Source: Eledone cirrhosa
Taxonomy: Eukaryota
Direction: 5' to 3'
DNA length: 64,000 nucleotides
Assembly: GCA_964016885.1 (NCBI GenBank)
Contig: OZ024752.1
Location: 49,476,001 to 49,540,000, forward strand
Within the stretch, counting starts at the first letter, position 1; each line of letters starts with the position of its first letter. Positions 1 to 14,235 of the stretch are shown here, piece after piece. Made by a program: the position numbers and the translations under genes. Under the pieces are notes generated by a model. It was not told where the DNA came from. It was given only the letters and a program-made list of their open reading frames with translations, and did not search any database.

Positions 1-35
1 CTACTATGTCACCCTTCCTCTCTTTCTCTGTCTGT

Positions 36-89
<54 letters not shown>

Positions 90-129
90 ACTCTCAATCT
101 CTCTCTATTTTCCTTTCTGTTTCTATCCC

Positions 130-266
130 ATGTGTTGTGTATGTATGTGTGTATGTATATATATATATGTTTATATATATATATATATATATGTTTACAT
201 ATATACATATATATGTTTATATATATATATGTATATCTTTATATATATGTTATATATATATGTGTT

Positions 267-297
<31 letters not shown>

Positions 298-332
298 GTA
301 TTTATATATACATATATATATATATATGTATT

Positions 333-365
<33 letters not shown>

Positions 366-507
366 TTATATATACATATATATATACATATACATATGTA
401 TGTATATATATACATATATATGTATATATATACATATATATATACATATACATATGTATGTATATATATACATATATATATATGTATATATATATATAGG
501 TATATAA

Positions 508-566
<59 letters not shown>

Positions 567-652
567 TGGATTATGATATATATATTTGTGCATGTATCTG
601 CATATAAATATATACATATACATATATATATGTATATAAATTATATGCATAT

Positions 653-749
<97 letters not shown>

Positions 750-750
750 G
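130..750. repeat. Representative compound (TA/TG/GA/CT)n microsatellite block; similar blocks occupy a large fraction of the window (e.g. 27680-28160, 33220-33740, 37570-38180, 54800-55850, 59215-59845)
   Basis: Direct inspection. Confidence 0.95.
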
Positions 751-961
751 CCTGCTTTTCTGTCTGTCTGTCTGTATGTCTCCAGAGAAAATAGGTTTCA
801 CCAACTTACAGTTATTTTCCCACATGCATTGAATTTTAATTTGAAATTTGAACTGGAAATTTTTCTTCTCTTGAAATGAAGATGACATAATGCTTCCTAA
901 TCAATAGACACAGACAGGGGAGGAAAGCAGGCAACTGTTTGTAAGAGGAACCCTGGTGGCG

Positions 962-1350
962 GTGGGGGTGGGAGGGAGGGTAGCGTTGTTGGTAGTGGTG
1001 TTGTAGTGGTGGTGGTATTGTAGAGGTGGTGGGGGGTGGGAGGGCGGGTAGCGTTGTTGGTGGTGGTGTTGTAGTGGTGGTGGTATTGTAGAGGTGGTGG
1101 GGGTGGGAGGGCGGGTAGCGTTGTTGGTGGTGGTGTTGTAGTGGTGGTGGTATTGTAGAGGTGGAGGGGGTGGGAGGGCGGGTAGCGTTGTTGGTGGTGG
1201 TGTTGTAGTGGTGGTGGTATTGTAGAGGTGGTGGGGGTGGGAGGGCGGGTAGCGTTGTTGGTGGTGGTGTTGTAGTGGTGGTGGTATTGTAGAGGTGGAG
1301 GGGGTGGGAGGGCGGGTAGCGTTGTTGGTGGTGGTGTTGTAGAGGTGGTG
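962..1350. repeat. 67-bp G/T-rich minisatellite (~6 units) leading into (GGT/AGT)n
   Basis: GCGGGTAGCG recurs at 1044, 1111 and 1178. Confidence 0.85.
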
Positions 1351-1889
1351 GTGTTAGTTGGAGTGGTTGTGGTGGTAGTAGCCATGGTGATGGTGGTGGT
1401 AGTGGTAGTAGCCATGGTGATGGTGGTAGTGGTGGTAGTGGTGGTGGTGGTGGTGGTGGCAACAGTAATAGTTGTTGGTAATAGTACATGAATGGAAGAT
1501 GGTGTTAGTGGTGGTTGTAGTATTAGTAGGAAGAGTGGTGGTGGTTGTACTAGTAATAGTATTAGTAGTAATAGTAGTAGTGGTTGTAGTAGTAATGGTA
1601 TTAGTAGTAGTAATAATAATAGTGGTAGTGGTGGTTTTAGTAGTAATAATAATAGTGGTAGTGGTGGTTGTAGTAGTAATGGTGGTTGTAGTAGTAATAA
1701 TATTAGTAGTAATAGTAGTGGTGGTGGTGGTAGTGGTAGTAAAGGCAGTGGTAGCAACAGTAGCCGATAAACTGCTGGAGGAAAGAGAGGGGGGAGAGAA
1801 ATAGAGAGGGGGGTAGAGAGAGACAGAGTGAAAGAGAGAGAGGGAGTAGAGAGAGACAGTGAAAAAGAGAGAGGGGGGTAGAGAGAAAC

Positions 1890-2055
1890 AGAGTAAAAGA
1901 GAAAGGGTGTAGAGCGAGACAGAGTGAAAGGGAGAGGGTGTAGAGCGAGACAGAGTGAAAGGGAGAGGGTGTAGAGCGAGACAGAGTGAAAGGGAGAGGG
2001 TGTAGAGCGAGACAGAGTGAAAGGGAGAGGGTGTAGAGAGAGACAGAGTGAAAGT
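1890..2055. repeat. 31-bp purine-rich tandem AGAGTGAAAGGGAGAGGGTGTAGAGCGAGAC
   Basis: Period 31. Confidence 0.8.
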
Positions 2056-2466
2056 GAGAGAGAAGGTAGAGAGAGAGAGGAACTAATTCTAGATTATATT
2101 GAAATTAAATGAACTGGATGGAACTGGCTGGGGCTGGTGGGAAGGGTGCCACCATCCCACCCACGCCAGTCCGGTTTGTCTGTTGGTCTGAAGAGTGATG
2201 TTGAATTGCAGTTGAGTTGTTCCTTGTTCTGTTGGTTCCATACCAAAAACCACCCTGAAACCACCCTTAGTTCTCTGATACAAAATTGTTTGTTCCAAAA
2301 TTTTTAAATTTAAACCTTTCATTATAATGTTTTGAAAGATTCCTGTTTCAAACTCTGACTTAATAATGAAGAAATCAATTATATTGTTATATTCTTCAAA
2401 TTATTTTATTATATATTAAAAGTATTTAAAAATCATAGACAGGATATGTTATTAGAAGTATATACG

Positions 2467-3452
2467 GCTCTGATACTGTGGGCATGTGGTTAGAATGTCT
2501 CAGGAAAGAATTGCTGGACAGATTTGTAGCTCAGAGACCAGAGAGTCACTCCAGATAGAGCCACTACTTCTCTGAATTGAGAGATCATAGCTCTGATACT
2601 ATGGACATGTGGTTAGAATGTCTCAGGAAAGAATTGCTGGAAAGATTTGTAGCTCAGAGACCAGAGAGTCACTCCAGGTAGAGCCACTACTTCTCTGAAT
2701 TGAGAGATCACAGCTCTGATACTGTGGGCATGTGGTTAGAATGTCTCAGGAAAGAATTGCTGGAAAGATTTGTAGCTCAGAGACCAGAGAATCACTCCAG
2801 GTAGAGCCACTACTTCTCTGAATTGAGAGATCATAGCTCCGATACTATGGACATGTGGTTAGAATAGCTCAGGAAAGAATTGCTGGAAAGATTTGTAGCT
2901 CAGAGATCAGAGAGTCACTCCAGATAGAGCCACTACTTCTCTGAATTGAGAGATCACAGCTCCGATACTATGGACATGTGGTTAGAATAGCTCAGGAAAG
3001 AATTGCTGGAAAGATTTGTAGCTCAGAGACCAGAGAGTTACTCCAGATAGAGCCACTACTTCTCTGAATTGAGAGATCATAGCTCTGATACTGTGGGCAT
3101 GTGGTTAGAATAGCTCAGGAAAGAATTGCTGGACAGATTTGTAGCTCAGAGACCAGAGAGTCACTCCAGATAGAGCCACTACTTCTCTGAATTGAGAGAT
3201 CATAGCTCCGATACTATGGACATGTGGTTAGAATAGCTCAGGAAAGAATTGCTGGACAGATTTTATGGGCAAGACCAAACCAGCAGGAGACCCAGGGGTA
3301 AACCCAGAGCAGGATGGTTGGATAACATCCATGAGCTTGGTGTTTTCGCTTGGGGATCCTGCCAGATTGGTTGCTTCTGGCGGAACCTGCTGGGGGGAGT
3401 GTTTGAGGACTCTGCACCCATGACCCTCTCAGGAATAAGTGAGTGAAAAAGA
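2467..3452 (+). mobile_element. 3' fragment of an RTE-clade (Expander/Rex3-like) LINE whose coding tail is amplified as a 123-bp tandem (~6.5 units, 2467-3262)
   Basis: The unit translates SSETRESLQIEPLLL*IERSQLRYYGHVVRMSQERIAG, followed by RRPRGKPRAGWLDNIHEL; these are typical RTE ORF C-terminal motifs, here with stops. Confidence 0.8.
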
Positions 3453-4099
3453 AGTATAGTAATGGAAGTGTTGTGTGTGTGTGTGACAGCTCACACCTTT
3501 ACAGGTTTAGCTGGCCTCTTCCAAGATATATCTCGTTGGAGGTCTCTTGGGTAATTTAATGATAGGGACCCCAGTCCTATCATCAATGGATGTGTTAGAT
3601 ACTCTATTACTCTATTACAAGTTCCGGCTATTATGAAATTACTGAAAATACAAGTCATTTTCTTTGAGTGGGTAGAGCATGAAGTGCTGAAAACTGTATG
3701 TTGGTGAGAATGGGCCACATAATTGAGAGAATGAGGTACACATTGTAGAGCTAGCCAAGAGCACTAAATACCCGGTCATTGGTTCTGCTATCATGTACTA
3801 AGGCTGGGTTGATTCAGTGGATCATATCCTCCTCTCTTTCCTTACAAATATTTTATCCTCTGATCCAAGTGGAGGCATGGGTTTGATTCCAGGACTGGGT
3901 TGTGTGTTGTGTTCTTGAACAAAACACTTCATTTCCCGTTGCTCCAGTATACTCAGCTGAAAATGAGTACCAGTAATATCTGGGGGTTTAATCTTGCTAT
4001 GGCCTGGCATATTATCCAGTGTATTTTCAGTAGCTTCATTGTATACAGTGCTCAGGTGCACTACAACTCATCAAATGTGCTTGTATAGTACATAGAATA

Positions 4100-4515
4100 A
4101 TAAAGCATTCTATCATAATTTTATGTAAGAACCTGTGTTAAGTTATGCTCCAAACACCAGCTTGATAACAAGAAATTTGGTTCTATTAATATATCCATCC
4201 AAATTCTTGATTATTTAAAAAATTATTTGAACATCATAGGCAGTGTATTCTGTTGTTGTTGTTGTTGTTGTTGTTAAATGTCTGATTCTGAGAGAAGATA
4301 AAGCATTCTATCACAATTTTATGTAAGAACCTGTGTTAAGTTATGCTCCAAACACCAGCTTGATAACAAGAAAGTTGGTTCTATTACTATATCCGTCCAA
4401 ATTCTTGATTATTTAAAAAATTATTTGAACATCATAGGCAGTGTATTCTGTTGTTGTTTGTTGTTGTTTGTTGTTGTTTGTTGTTGTTGTTAAATGTCTG
4501 ATACTGAGAGAAGAT
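4100..4515. repeat. ~198-bp tandem duplication (2 copies)
   Basis: TAAAGCATTCTATCA... starts at 4101 and at 4299. Confidence 0.85.
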
Positions 4516-4924
4516 ATTACAAGTGGAAGATGTCAGCTGGCCTCAACCAACCAATCAGCTAGCTGTGTTGGGTTGTTTGTAATGAATACACAGCTTGTTG
4601 TTTGTTCTGTAATAGGTGGAGTTCATACGAGAGAGTAAATGCCTGCCTTGCTTCTAGGATGGATGGGTGCGCGGGGTGGATGGATGCTTGTATAAACGCA
4701 TAGATGGTTGTGTAATGTTTGAAGGAGGTGGATGTATGTATGGATGGCTGGATAAATGGTTGCATGTATGTATGGATGGCTGGATGAATAGAAGTATGGA
4801 TGGATAGATGGTTAGGTGATTATATGGATGGATGACTGGAGGGCTGGTTGAATGTATGGATGGCTGTATTGATGCGTGTATGAATATACAGATGGTTAAG
4901 TGGATGTATGTATATATGTATATA

Positions 4925-4957
<33 letters not shown>

Positions 4958-5106
4958 GTATGTGTAAGGATGTATGCATTTATACATACATACATATATA
5001 TATATATATATGTATGTAGGTATGTATGAATGTAAGTAAGGATGTTTGTAAAGATGTATGTATATATATATATATGTATGTATGTATGTATGTGTATGTA
5101 AGGATG

Positions 5107-5153
<47 letters not shown>

Positions 5154-5390
5154 GTGTATGTAAAGATGTATGTATATATATGTATATATGTGTATGTAAG
5201 GATGTATGTATGTGTATGTAAGGATGTATGTATATATATATGTATATATGTGTATGTAAAGATGTATGTATATATATATATATGTATATATGTGTATGTA
5301 AGGATGTATGTATATGTATGTAAGGATGTATATATGTGTATGTAAGGATGTATGTATATGTATGTAAGGATGTATATATATGTATGTAAG

Positions 5391-5439
<49 letters not shown>

Positions 5440-5669
5440 ATGTAAGGATGTATGTATATATGTGCATGTAAGGATGTATAGATGTATGTATGGATATATA
5501 AATATATATATATATATGATATCATCATCATCATCATTTTAATGCCCTATTTATTCTTCCACCAGCCCCGTCTCCTACCTTAACATGGGTTTGATAGGTC
5601 TGCTACACAACTACACAACCCACCACTCCTTCCAAACCTTTGTTATCTCATCCATCCATCTCCATCATC

Positions 5670-6315
5670 CGTACATCGTCTCATCTACCTCACATCGTCT
5701 CCATCCTCACATCATCTCATCTACCTTACATCGTCTCATCTACCTTACATCGTCTCATCTACCTCACATCGTCTCCATCTACCTCACATCGTCTCATCTA
5801 CCTCACATTGCCTCCATCTACCTCACATCGTCTCATCTACCTCACATCATCTCATCTACCTCACATCGCCTCCATCTACCTCACATCGTCTCATCTACCT
5901 CACATCGTCTCCATCTACCTCATCTACCTCACATCGTCTCATCTACCTCACATCGCCTCCATCTACCTCACATCGTCTCATCTACCTCACATCATCTCAT
6001 CTACCTCACATCGCCTCCATCTACCTCACATCATCTCCATCTACCTCACATCGTCTCATCTACCTCACATCGCCTCCATCTACCTCACATCGTCTCATCT
6101 ACCTCACATCATCTCATCTACCTCACATCGTCTCATCTACCTCACATCGCCTCCATCTACCTCACATCATCTCATCTACCTCACATCGCCTCCATCTACC
6201 TCACATCGTCTCCATCTACCTCACATCATCTCCATCTACCTCACATCGTCTCATCTACCTCACATCGTCTCCAACATCCTCACATCGTCTCCATCTACCT
6301 CACATCGTCTCATCC
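5670..6315. repeat. 19/20-bp minisatellite CATCTACCTCACATCGTCT(C)
   Basis: Direct inspection, ~32 units. Confidence 0.9.
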
Positions 6316-6544
6316 ACTTTCCACTACATCTTTTTTTTTTTTCATCTTCTCTGTTTTGATACGTTTTTCTCTTCCTTTTCTTGTGTGTGCGTGTACTTGC
6401 GTGTGTGTCTACCTGTGTGTGTCTACGTGTGTGTGTGTGTCTATTTGTGTGTGTGTGTACTTGTGTGTTTACGTATGTGTCTGTGTATATAGATGTACTC
6501 TGCCATCTTTGTGCCATATTCATGTAATTCTGGTATATATATAT

Positions 6545-6575
<31 letters not shown>

Positions 6576-6577
6576 CA

Positions 6578-6608
<31 letters not shown>

Positions 6609-6720
6609 GGTGTGTGTGTGTATGTATCATCATCATCATCATTATCAACATTTAATGTCCGTTTTCCCTGTTGTATGTATACTGTATGATATATGACTCT
6701 ATGATAGGTATATATATATA

Positions 6721-6761
<41 letters not shown>

Positions 6762-7070
6762 ATATATATGTATGTATATGTATGTATGAGAGTGCTGTAT
6801 ATTTTGCTGTTGGAGTTAACTGGTAGCATATGTGTGTGTGTGTGAGAGATAGAGAGAGAGACAGAGATAGAGAGAGTGAGAGAGTGAGAGACAGAGACAG
6901 AGAGATAGATAGAGAGAGAGAGAGTGAGAGATAGATAGAGAGCAACATAGATAGACAGAGAGAGAGAGAACACATTTGCTGCTATCCTGCACAAAGCATT
7001 GATCAAAGACACAAATATACACCAATCTCAGTCCCAGCTTCTCTTACACAATATATGTGTGTATATATAC

Positions 7071-7107
<37 letters not shown>

Positions 7108-8164
7108 TGTGTATATGTGTATATGTATATATATATATATGTGTATATGTATATATATATATATATATGTATATGGGTGTGTGTTTGTGTGTGAAATGTG
7201 AAACTGAGTAGCTTAAGCTTGCTCATTGAAAAGCAAGTAGTCCTGCTTAGGCACTTTACTTTGATGGTGGTGGTGGTTGTAGTGGTGGTGGTGGTGGTGG
7301 TGGTGGTTGTGGTTGTGATGGTGGTAGTGGTTGTTGTGGTGGTGGTGCAGTGGTTGTAGTATTGGTGGTGGTGGTGGTGGTTGTAGTATTGGTGGTGGTG
7401 GTTGTAGTAGTTGTAGTATTGGTGGTTGTGGTGGTGGTGGTCGTCGTGATGTTGGTGTGGTGGTAGTGGTTGTTGTGGTGGTGGTGGTGGTGGTGGTTGT
7501 AGTATTGGTGGTGGTGGTTGTAGTAGTTGTAGTATTGGTGGTTGTGGTGGTGGTGGTCGTCGTGATGTTGGTGTGGTGGTAGTGGTTGTTGTAGTATTGG
7601 TGGTGGTGGTTGTAGTATTGGTGGTGGTGGTTGTAGTAGTTGTAGTATTGGTGGTTGTGGTGGTGGTGGTCGTCGTGATGTTGGTGTGGTGGTAGTGGTT
7701 GTTGTGGTGGTGGTGGTGGTTGTAGTATTGGTGGTGGTGGTGGTGGTTGTAGTAGTTGTAGTATTGGTGGTTGTGGTGGTGGTGGTCGTCGTGATGTTGG
7801 TGTGGTGGTAGTGGTTGTTGTGGTGGTGGTGGTGGTTGTAGTATTGGTGTTAGTGGTGGAGGTGGTTCCTGAGAATGAGAGAGCTACTGAATGATTGAAG
7901 TAAGTGCTGTAATAGTACTAATAGTAGTAGTAGTATTGGTAGTAGTGGTAGTAGTAGTATTGGTAGTAGTAGTAGTAGTAGTGGTGGTGGTGGTTGTAGT
8001 ATTGGTAGTAGTAGTAGTAGTAGTAGTGGTAGTAGGTTAATTCCTTCTTGTGTAACAGGGTGATTTTTCATTGGTTGGAAAGAGGGTATGTATATTCTGT
8101 AATATATTCATAATATATTCATTTATATATATATACAAATGTATATATATATATATGTATATAC

Positions 8165-8210
<46 letters not shown>

Positions 8211-8251
8211 GTATATATATATGTATATATATATATGTATATATATATGTA

Positions 8252-8355
<104 letters not shown>

Positions 8356-8358
8356 TAC

Positions 8359-8402
<44 letters not shown>

Positions 8403-8729
8403 TGTATATATTTACGTGCACTCCCTATGCAATACACACACACACACACATATATATACATATATATATAATATATGGATATGTGTATGGATGTGTGCAT
8501 GGGGGGGGGGTGTATACAAAGTTGGATTACAGGTGAGGTGTGAGGTGAGAGGTAGGGGTGACAGTGAGAGGTAAGGGTGACAGTGAGAGGTAAGGGTGAC
8601 AGTGAGAGGTAAGCAGGTAGTGTAAGGGGGGGGGGATCTGGGTGGAGTAATGTCAATATTTATTATTAAGTTTTTTTCTTTCTTAAATTTCTCTCATCCT
8701 ACTTTTGCCCCTCCTTTTACTACCAACAA

Positions 8730-9870
8730 TTGATTATATTGGACCCAGTGTATTACTGGTACTTTATTTTATAGACTCTAATAATTGTTTCTACTTTAGG
8801 CACAAGGCCAGCAATTATCCAGTGCATTACTGGTACTTTATTTTATCGACCCCATAAGGAATGTTTTCTACTATAGGCAGATGGGGAGCAATTGGGGGGA
8901 GGAATAAGTTGATTATATTGGACTCAGTGTATTACTGGTACTTTATTTTATAGACTCTAATAACAATGTTTTCTACTATAGGCAGAGGGGGAGGGGGAAT
9001 AAGTTGATTATATTGGACCCAGTGTATTACTGGTACTTTATTTTATAGACTCTAATAACAATGTTTTCTACTAGAGGCAGAGGGGGAGAGGGAATAAGTT
9101 GATTATATTGGACCCAGTGTATTACTGGTACTTTATTTTATAGACTCTAATAACAATGTTTTCTACTAGAGGCAGAGGGGGAGAGGGAATAAGTTGATTA
9201 TATTGGACCCAGTGTATTACTGGTACTTTATTTTATAGACTCTAATAACAATGTTTTCTACTAGAGGCAGAGGGGGAGAGGGAATAAGTTGATTATATTG
9301 GACCCAGTGTATTACTGGTACTTTATTTTATAGACTCTAATAACAATGTTTTCTACTAGAGGCAGAGGGGGAGAGGGAATAAGTTGATTATATTGGACCC
9401 AGTGTATTACTGGTACTTTATTTTATAGACTCTAATAACAATGTTTTCTACTAGAGGCAGAGGGGGAGAGGGAATAAGTTGATTATATTGGACCCAGTGT
9501 ATTACTGGTACTTTATTTTATAGACTCTAATAACAATGTTTTCTACTAGAGGCACAGGGGGAGGGGGAATAAGTTGATTATATTGAGACCAGTGTATTAC
9601 TGGTACTTTATTTTATAGACTCTAACAATGTTTTCTACTAGAGGCAGGGCGCGGGGGGGGGGGAATAAGTTGATTATATTGGATCCAGTTTATTACTGGT
9701 ACTTTATGTTATAGACTCTAATAACAATGTTTTCTACTATAGGCACAGGGGGAGGAATTTGGGGAGAGAGAGGGAAAGTTGATAAAATAGCCCAGTGTAT
9801 TACTGGTACTTTATTTTATTGAGCCCTGTAATAATTGTTTCTACTTTTGGCACAAGGCCAGCAATTACCC
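8730..9870. repeat. 95-bp minisatellite (~11 units) derived from the 3' end of SINE family S1
   Basis: Period 95 (9061, 9251 and 9441 are two units apart); the unit contains CCCAGTGTATTACTGGTACTTTATTTTAT and TTTCTACT..AGGCA, shared with S1. Confidence 0.85.
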
Positions 9871-10534
9871 AATGAAATGTAAAACTAGCCTCAGCAGGAT
9901 TCGAACCAGTTTAGTACACATAGTAATAATAGTAATAATAGTAATAATAGTTATTTCTACTTTTGGCACAAGGCCAGCAATTATCCCAGTGTATTACTGG
10001 TACTTTATAATAGTGACAATGATAGTAGTAAGGATGCTGCTGCTGTTACTACTACTGCTCCTGCTGATACTACTGCCGCTACTACTACTATTGCTATTAT
10101 TACTACTATTGCTGCTGCTACTACTACCACTACTACTACGACGACAACAAATATTGCTGCTACAAATATTTGAAACAGGTGGTGGTGGTGGTGGTAGTAG
10201 TAGTTGTAGTAGTAATAGTAGTAGTAGCAGCAGTAGTAATTTGAAAAATTATAAAGCAAATCATTTGTGTTTACAATATTCAGAAAAAAAAAGATTTAAT
10301 TTTTTTTTTTTTACATTTTACTGATAATCTACCCCGCCACTATAATCATCATTATCTATCTATCTATTTATCTATATATCTATCTATCTCAATATCTATC
10401 TATATATTTATCTATCCATCCATCCATATATCTACCTATCTATCTATTTACCCATCTACACTGGTCAGAGAAGCACATCTTACTCATGTACCAGTAATTC
10501 ACTGGTTGATTCTGTATAACACATGTACCTTCAG

Positions 10535-11187
10535 CCCTTTAACATTTACATTACTCTATATATACTATTGTATTTTCACAGTAAAGGCTTTACCTCACAT
10601 AATATCTCACATAACATTTACATTACTCTATATATACTATTGTATTTTCACAGTAAAGGCTTTACCTCACATAATATCTCACATAACATTTACATTACTC
10701 TATATATACTATAGTATTTTCACAGTAAAGGCTTTACCTCACATAATATCTCACATAACATTTACATTACTCTATATATACTATTGTATTTTCACAGTAA
10801 AGGCTTTATCTCACATAACATCTCGCATAACATTTACATTACTCTATATATACTATTGTATTTTCACAGTAAAGTCTTTACCTCACATAATATCTCACAT
10901 AACATTTACATTACTCTATATATACTATTGTATTTTCATGGTAAAGGCTTTACCTCTCATAATATCTCACATAACATTTACATTACTCTATATATACTAT
11001 TGTATTTTCACAGTAAAGTCTTTACCTCACATAATTATCTCACATAATATCGAATCTATGAGATTTTGATATTATTTATTTTGAGAACAATACCTTAACA
11101 TCAGAACGAGTAGCCAGTTATGATTGGTTTGTACAGAAATAGGTGAGAGAATTCTGGTCAGATATGTCCGGTTTAAATACTAAAGGG
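10535..11187. mobile_element. M1 MITE with ~7 internal 72-bp tandem units
   Basis: Opposite orientation to 42261; CCCTTTAACATTT ... AAATACTAAAGGG|TTAA; 72-bp period over 10540-11045. Confidence 0.85.
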
Positions 11188-11277
11188 TTAATTAAGAATG
11201 TGTTTCTTAAATAACTAGAAATTCTTGTAAAACAACATCCAACAATTACAGAAAGGAAAAAAAACCTTACTCTAAAA

Positions 11278-11470
11278 ATTGTTTCTACTATTGGCACAAG
11301 GCCAGCAATTACCCCAGTGCATTACTGGTACTTTATTTTATCGACCCCGTAAAGATGAAAGGCAAAGTCAAACGTCGGCGGGATTTGAACTCAGATCGTA
11401 AAGGGACGTAACGCTTTGCTGCAAAGCATGGCGTCCGACCCTCTACCGATACTGACAATTCACCGCCCTT
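11278..11470 (-). mobile_element. tRNA-derived SINE (family S1)
   Basis: Homologous to 42637-42833 on the opposite strand. Confidence 0.85.
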
Positions 11471-12514
11471 ATAATGATAATAATAATGATGATGATGATA
11501 ATAGTATTAGTAATAGTAATAATAATAACAACAACAACAACAATAAAACACATTATTTAGAGTTTAAAGCTCTGTAGTTATATTTTTGCTGGTTTATATT
11601 TGTATTCTTGAATTTTCTTTTTGATGTTGTTCATAGTTTTCCCTGTCCAATTATAACTGTTGGCATGGTCGCAGTAGATGAGGGATTATATGGAGAGGCA
11701 TTAAACCATATTAATTCTAACCATTATAATTTTGATAGTTCCTCCTCCCCTTCTCCCCCTTCTCCTCCTCCTCCTCCTCACTTCCCTCAATTACACAATT
11801 TAAATATTTAATAACAGGAGTTAAAGTTAACACCTCCTGTAAGTTTTTCTCATAAGGAATTCTACTCTTCAGGCTGGATGTACCTAAAAGTCTTTGAAAT
11901 ATTCTGCCATTCTGAAGCCGAAAGCATACACACTGCTAGAATGATGTTTATATTGTTCCTAATTTAGCTCATTAATTAAAAGTTAGATAGTCAAACTTGC
12001 TTTCTCTACACCAGTGTGATGTTGAACTAATTAGACTGTACTTTAAAGTTCCTAATTAGATGAAGATGATGAATAGTAACATTTGACTTTCATAGTTCTT
12101 TAAATATGTTGTTCAAAAGAAACTCATTTCTAGTCTATTCTATTAGTAGTCGGTCAGTGTGTGTGTTTTAGTGTTTATTTCTCCACTGATCAAATATTAC
12201 GAATTTAGGATATAGGCAAAGATTTATGTCATTACTTGATAAACTTTGTAATTTTAAGAGGCTGTTTGATCAGCAGCCATACCAGTAACTGATTATATGA
12301 TGTTTTATTGGAATTTCATAACAGAGAAACAAGAAATTAATTTGATTATCTGAAGGTTATGTTGATTATCTAAGGGTTGCCTTGATTGTGTTTCTTTCTA
12401 TGTTATTTCAGTTGTATTTTTATTCAATTTGAGTAACATGCTTTGATTAGACTCTCAGCCATATCGTACCACACTGTGCCAGATGTAGGACAAATGAGGC
12501 CTTCTGCTAGTTAA

Positions 12515-12716
12515 CCCTTTAACATTTAAACCAGCCATATCCAGCCAGAATTCTCTCACCTCTTCCTGTTGAAATTGGCCATAACTAGCCACTCATACCG
12601 ATGTTAAGGTATTGTTCTCAAAATAAATAATATCAAAATCTCGTAGATTCGATATTATGTGAGATAATTATGTGAAAATACAATAGTAAATATAGAATAA
12701 TGAAAATGCTAAAGGG
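12515..12716. mobile_element. piggyBac-type MITE (family M1)
   Basis: TTAA|CCCTTTAACATTT ... AAATGCTAAAGGG|TTAA; internal homology to 42261-42486. Confidence 0.85.
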
Positions 12717-13217
12717 TTAAGTTATGAGGCCCCTTACTTAGGCCCTGAAGGAGGTAAAAAAAAGATTTTGGCAGGAAGATGAGCTCCCCTTCCTCTAGCC
12801 TATGAGGCCCTGTGCTTCAGCACAATGTTATACCCAGCACTAGTTCCATATCTTCCAAAGTTTTATCTACAAAATATTTGAATTGCTATATTTTTCTGGT
12901 TATCTTCATATATCACATTTTTTAAACTCATATGCACAAACACACATACACACACATATATATACACTCACACATACACACATGCATATGCAGGTCTGTA
13001 TCTTAGAGCTTCTTCTTCTCCTTGTTCTTGCTCAACGAGGCCAGGGTCATCCTAAGCTAGCGATCCCAAAGCTTCGTCATTTTAAACCAACATAAAGCTG
13101 TTTGACAGACATGATAGCACTACTGTATTAAATTTAAAACATTATGTAGCTTCACATTCCTTAATTTTTAGTTCAAATCCCATTAGGATGTGAAGAGAGG
13201 AACTTGTTTTTCATCCT

Positions 13218-13550
13218 TTAACATCTTCAGTGCTGTAGACGAGATAACTCATGCTAACATGTTTGAAATTTGTTCCAACAGTTCATAACTTCCAAGTTAT
13301 GAACTCCTTCCCAACAGTTCATAATTTCAAAGTTATGAACTCGTTTCCAACAGTTCATAACTTCAAAGTTATGAACTCGTTTCCAACAGTTCATAACTTC
13401 AAAGCTAGATGGGGTTACTAGTTTATTCAGATACGTGTTGTTAATAAATGTTTGCTTTAAAAAAATAGTCATTTTACTGAAAAAAAAACAAAACAAACCT
13501 AGCACAGAAACTGTAGCTGTGTAAAATATACACGGCAGTCAACAGGTTAA
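13218..13550. mobile_element. Possible degenerate piggyBac-type MITE containing a 36-bp palindromic tandem
   Basis: TTAA CATCTTCAGTGCTGT ... ACGGCAGTCAACAGG TTAA imperfect TIRs; internal unit CCAACAGTTCATAACTTCAAAGTTATGAACTCGTTT x3.6. Confidence 0.45.
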
Positions 13551-14235
13551 AGATCAAATAAAGTAATTACCAGGACATATATATAGTTATGTATAAATCA
13601 CACCTATAGAAGCATGCAACTTATGTACAGGACCTACAAAACTTCAATGCAAAATATATGGTATATTATAAATGTTGTATGTAAATTAGTGGTGTGATTT
13701 ATCTACAGGTGAGACATATACATGAGTATATCTCTTTCGATAGCATATTTCTAGTGAAATACTTTGCATTTTAATTAATTAATTAATTAATTAAGAATTT
13801 GGAAATAATTTACTAAAATTATATTTTAATTACGATGACATTCGTAACATTACAAAAGATTCTTATATAAACTTTTTATGAAAAGTTTTAAGTTGGAACA
13901 TTTTACAATGGTTGGTTTTGTTTCATAGAAGCAGAAGCTGTTTTGGGCAGGTTGATATCAAAATGATTAAATGGTATATTTGATGAGCTATGCCCTTTCT
14001 CTCTACATATGTGACTGTTGGCAATTATAAGCGTGTATGTGCAAGCTTACTGTCTTATCATATAGATGTATTTATTCACCATTGTTATTTCTGAAGTCTA
14101 TCGTTGTAACTATCAGAAATGCTTTATAAACCATAAAGTTTGGATGATTTCATCTCATATACAAAATAGCTCCTTGATCAGTTGGCCTTGAAGTCAGTCA
14201 GAGAATGTTGAGCTAGTGACCAAGAATCAAGTTAA

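Noticed and set aside
8730-9870. Regular repeats here (and the 72-, 123-, 36- and 34-bp arrays) as a CRISPR array
   Set aside because: Units are contiguous with no unique spacers, there are no cas genes, the context is eukaryotic, and the units derive from TEs
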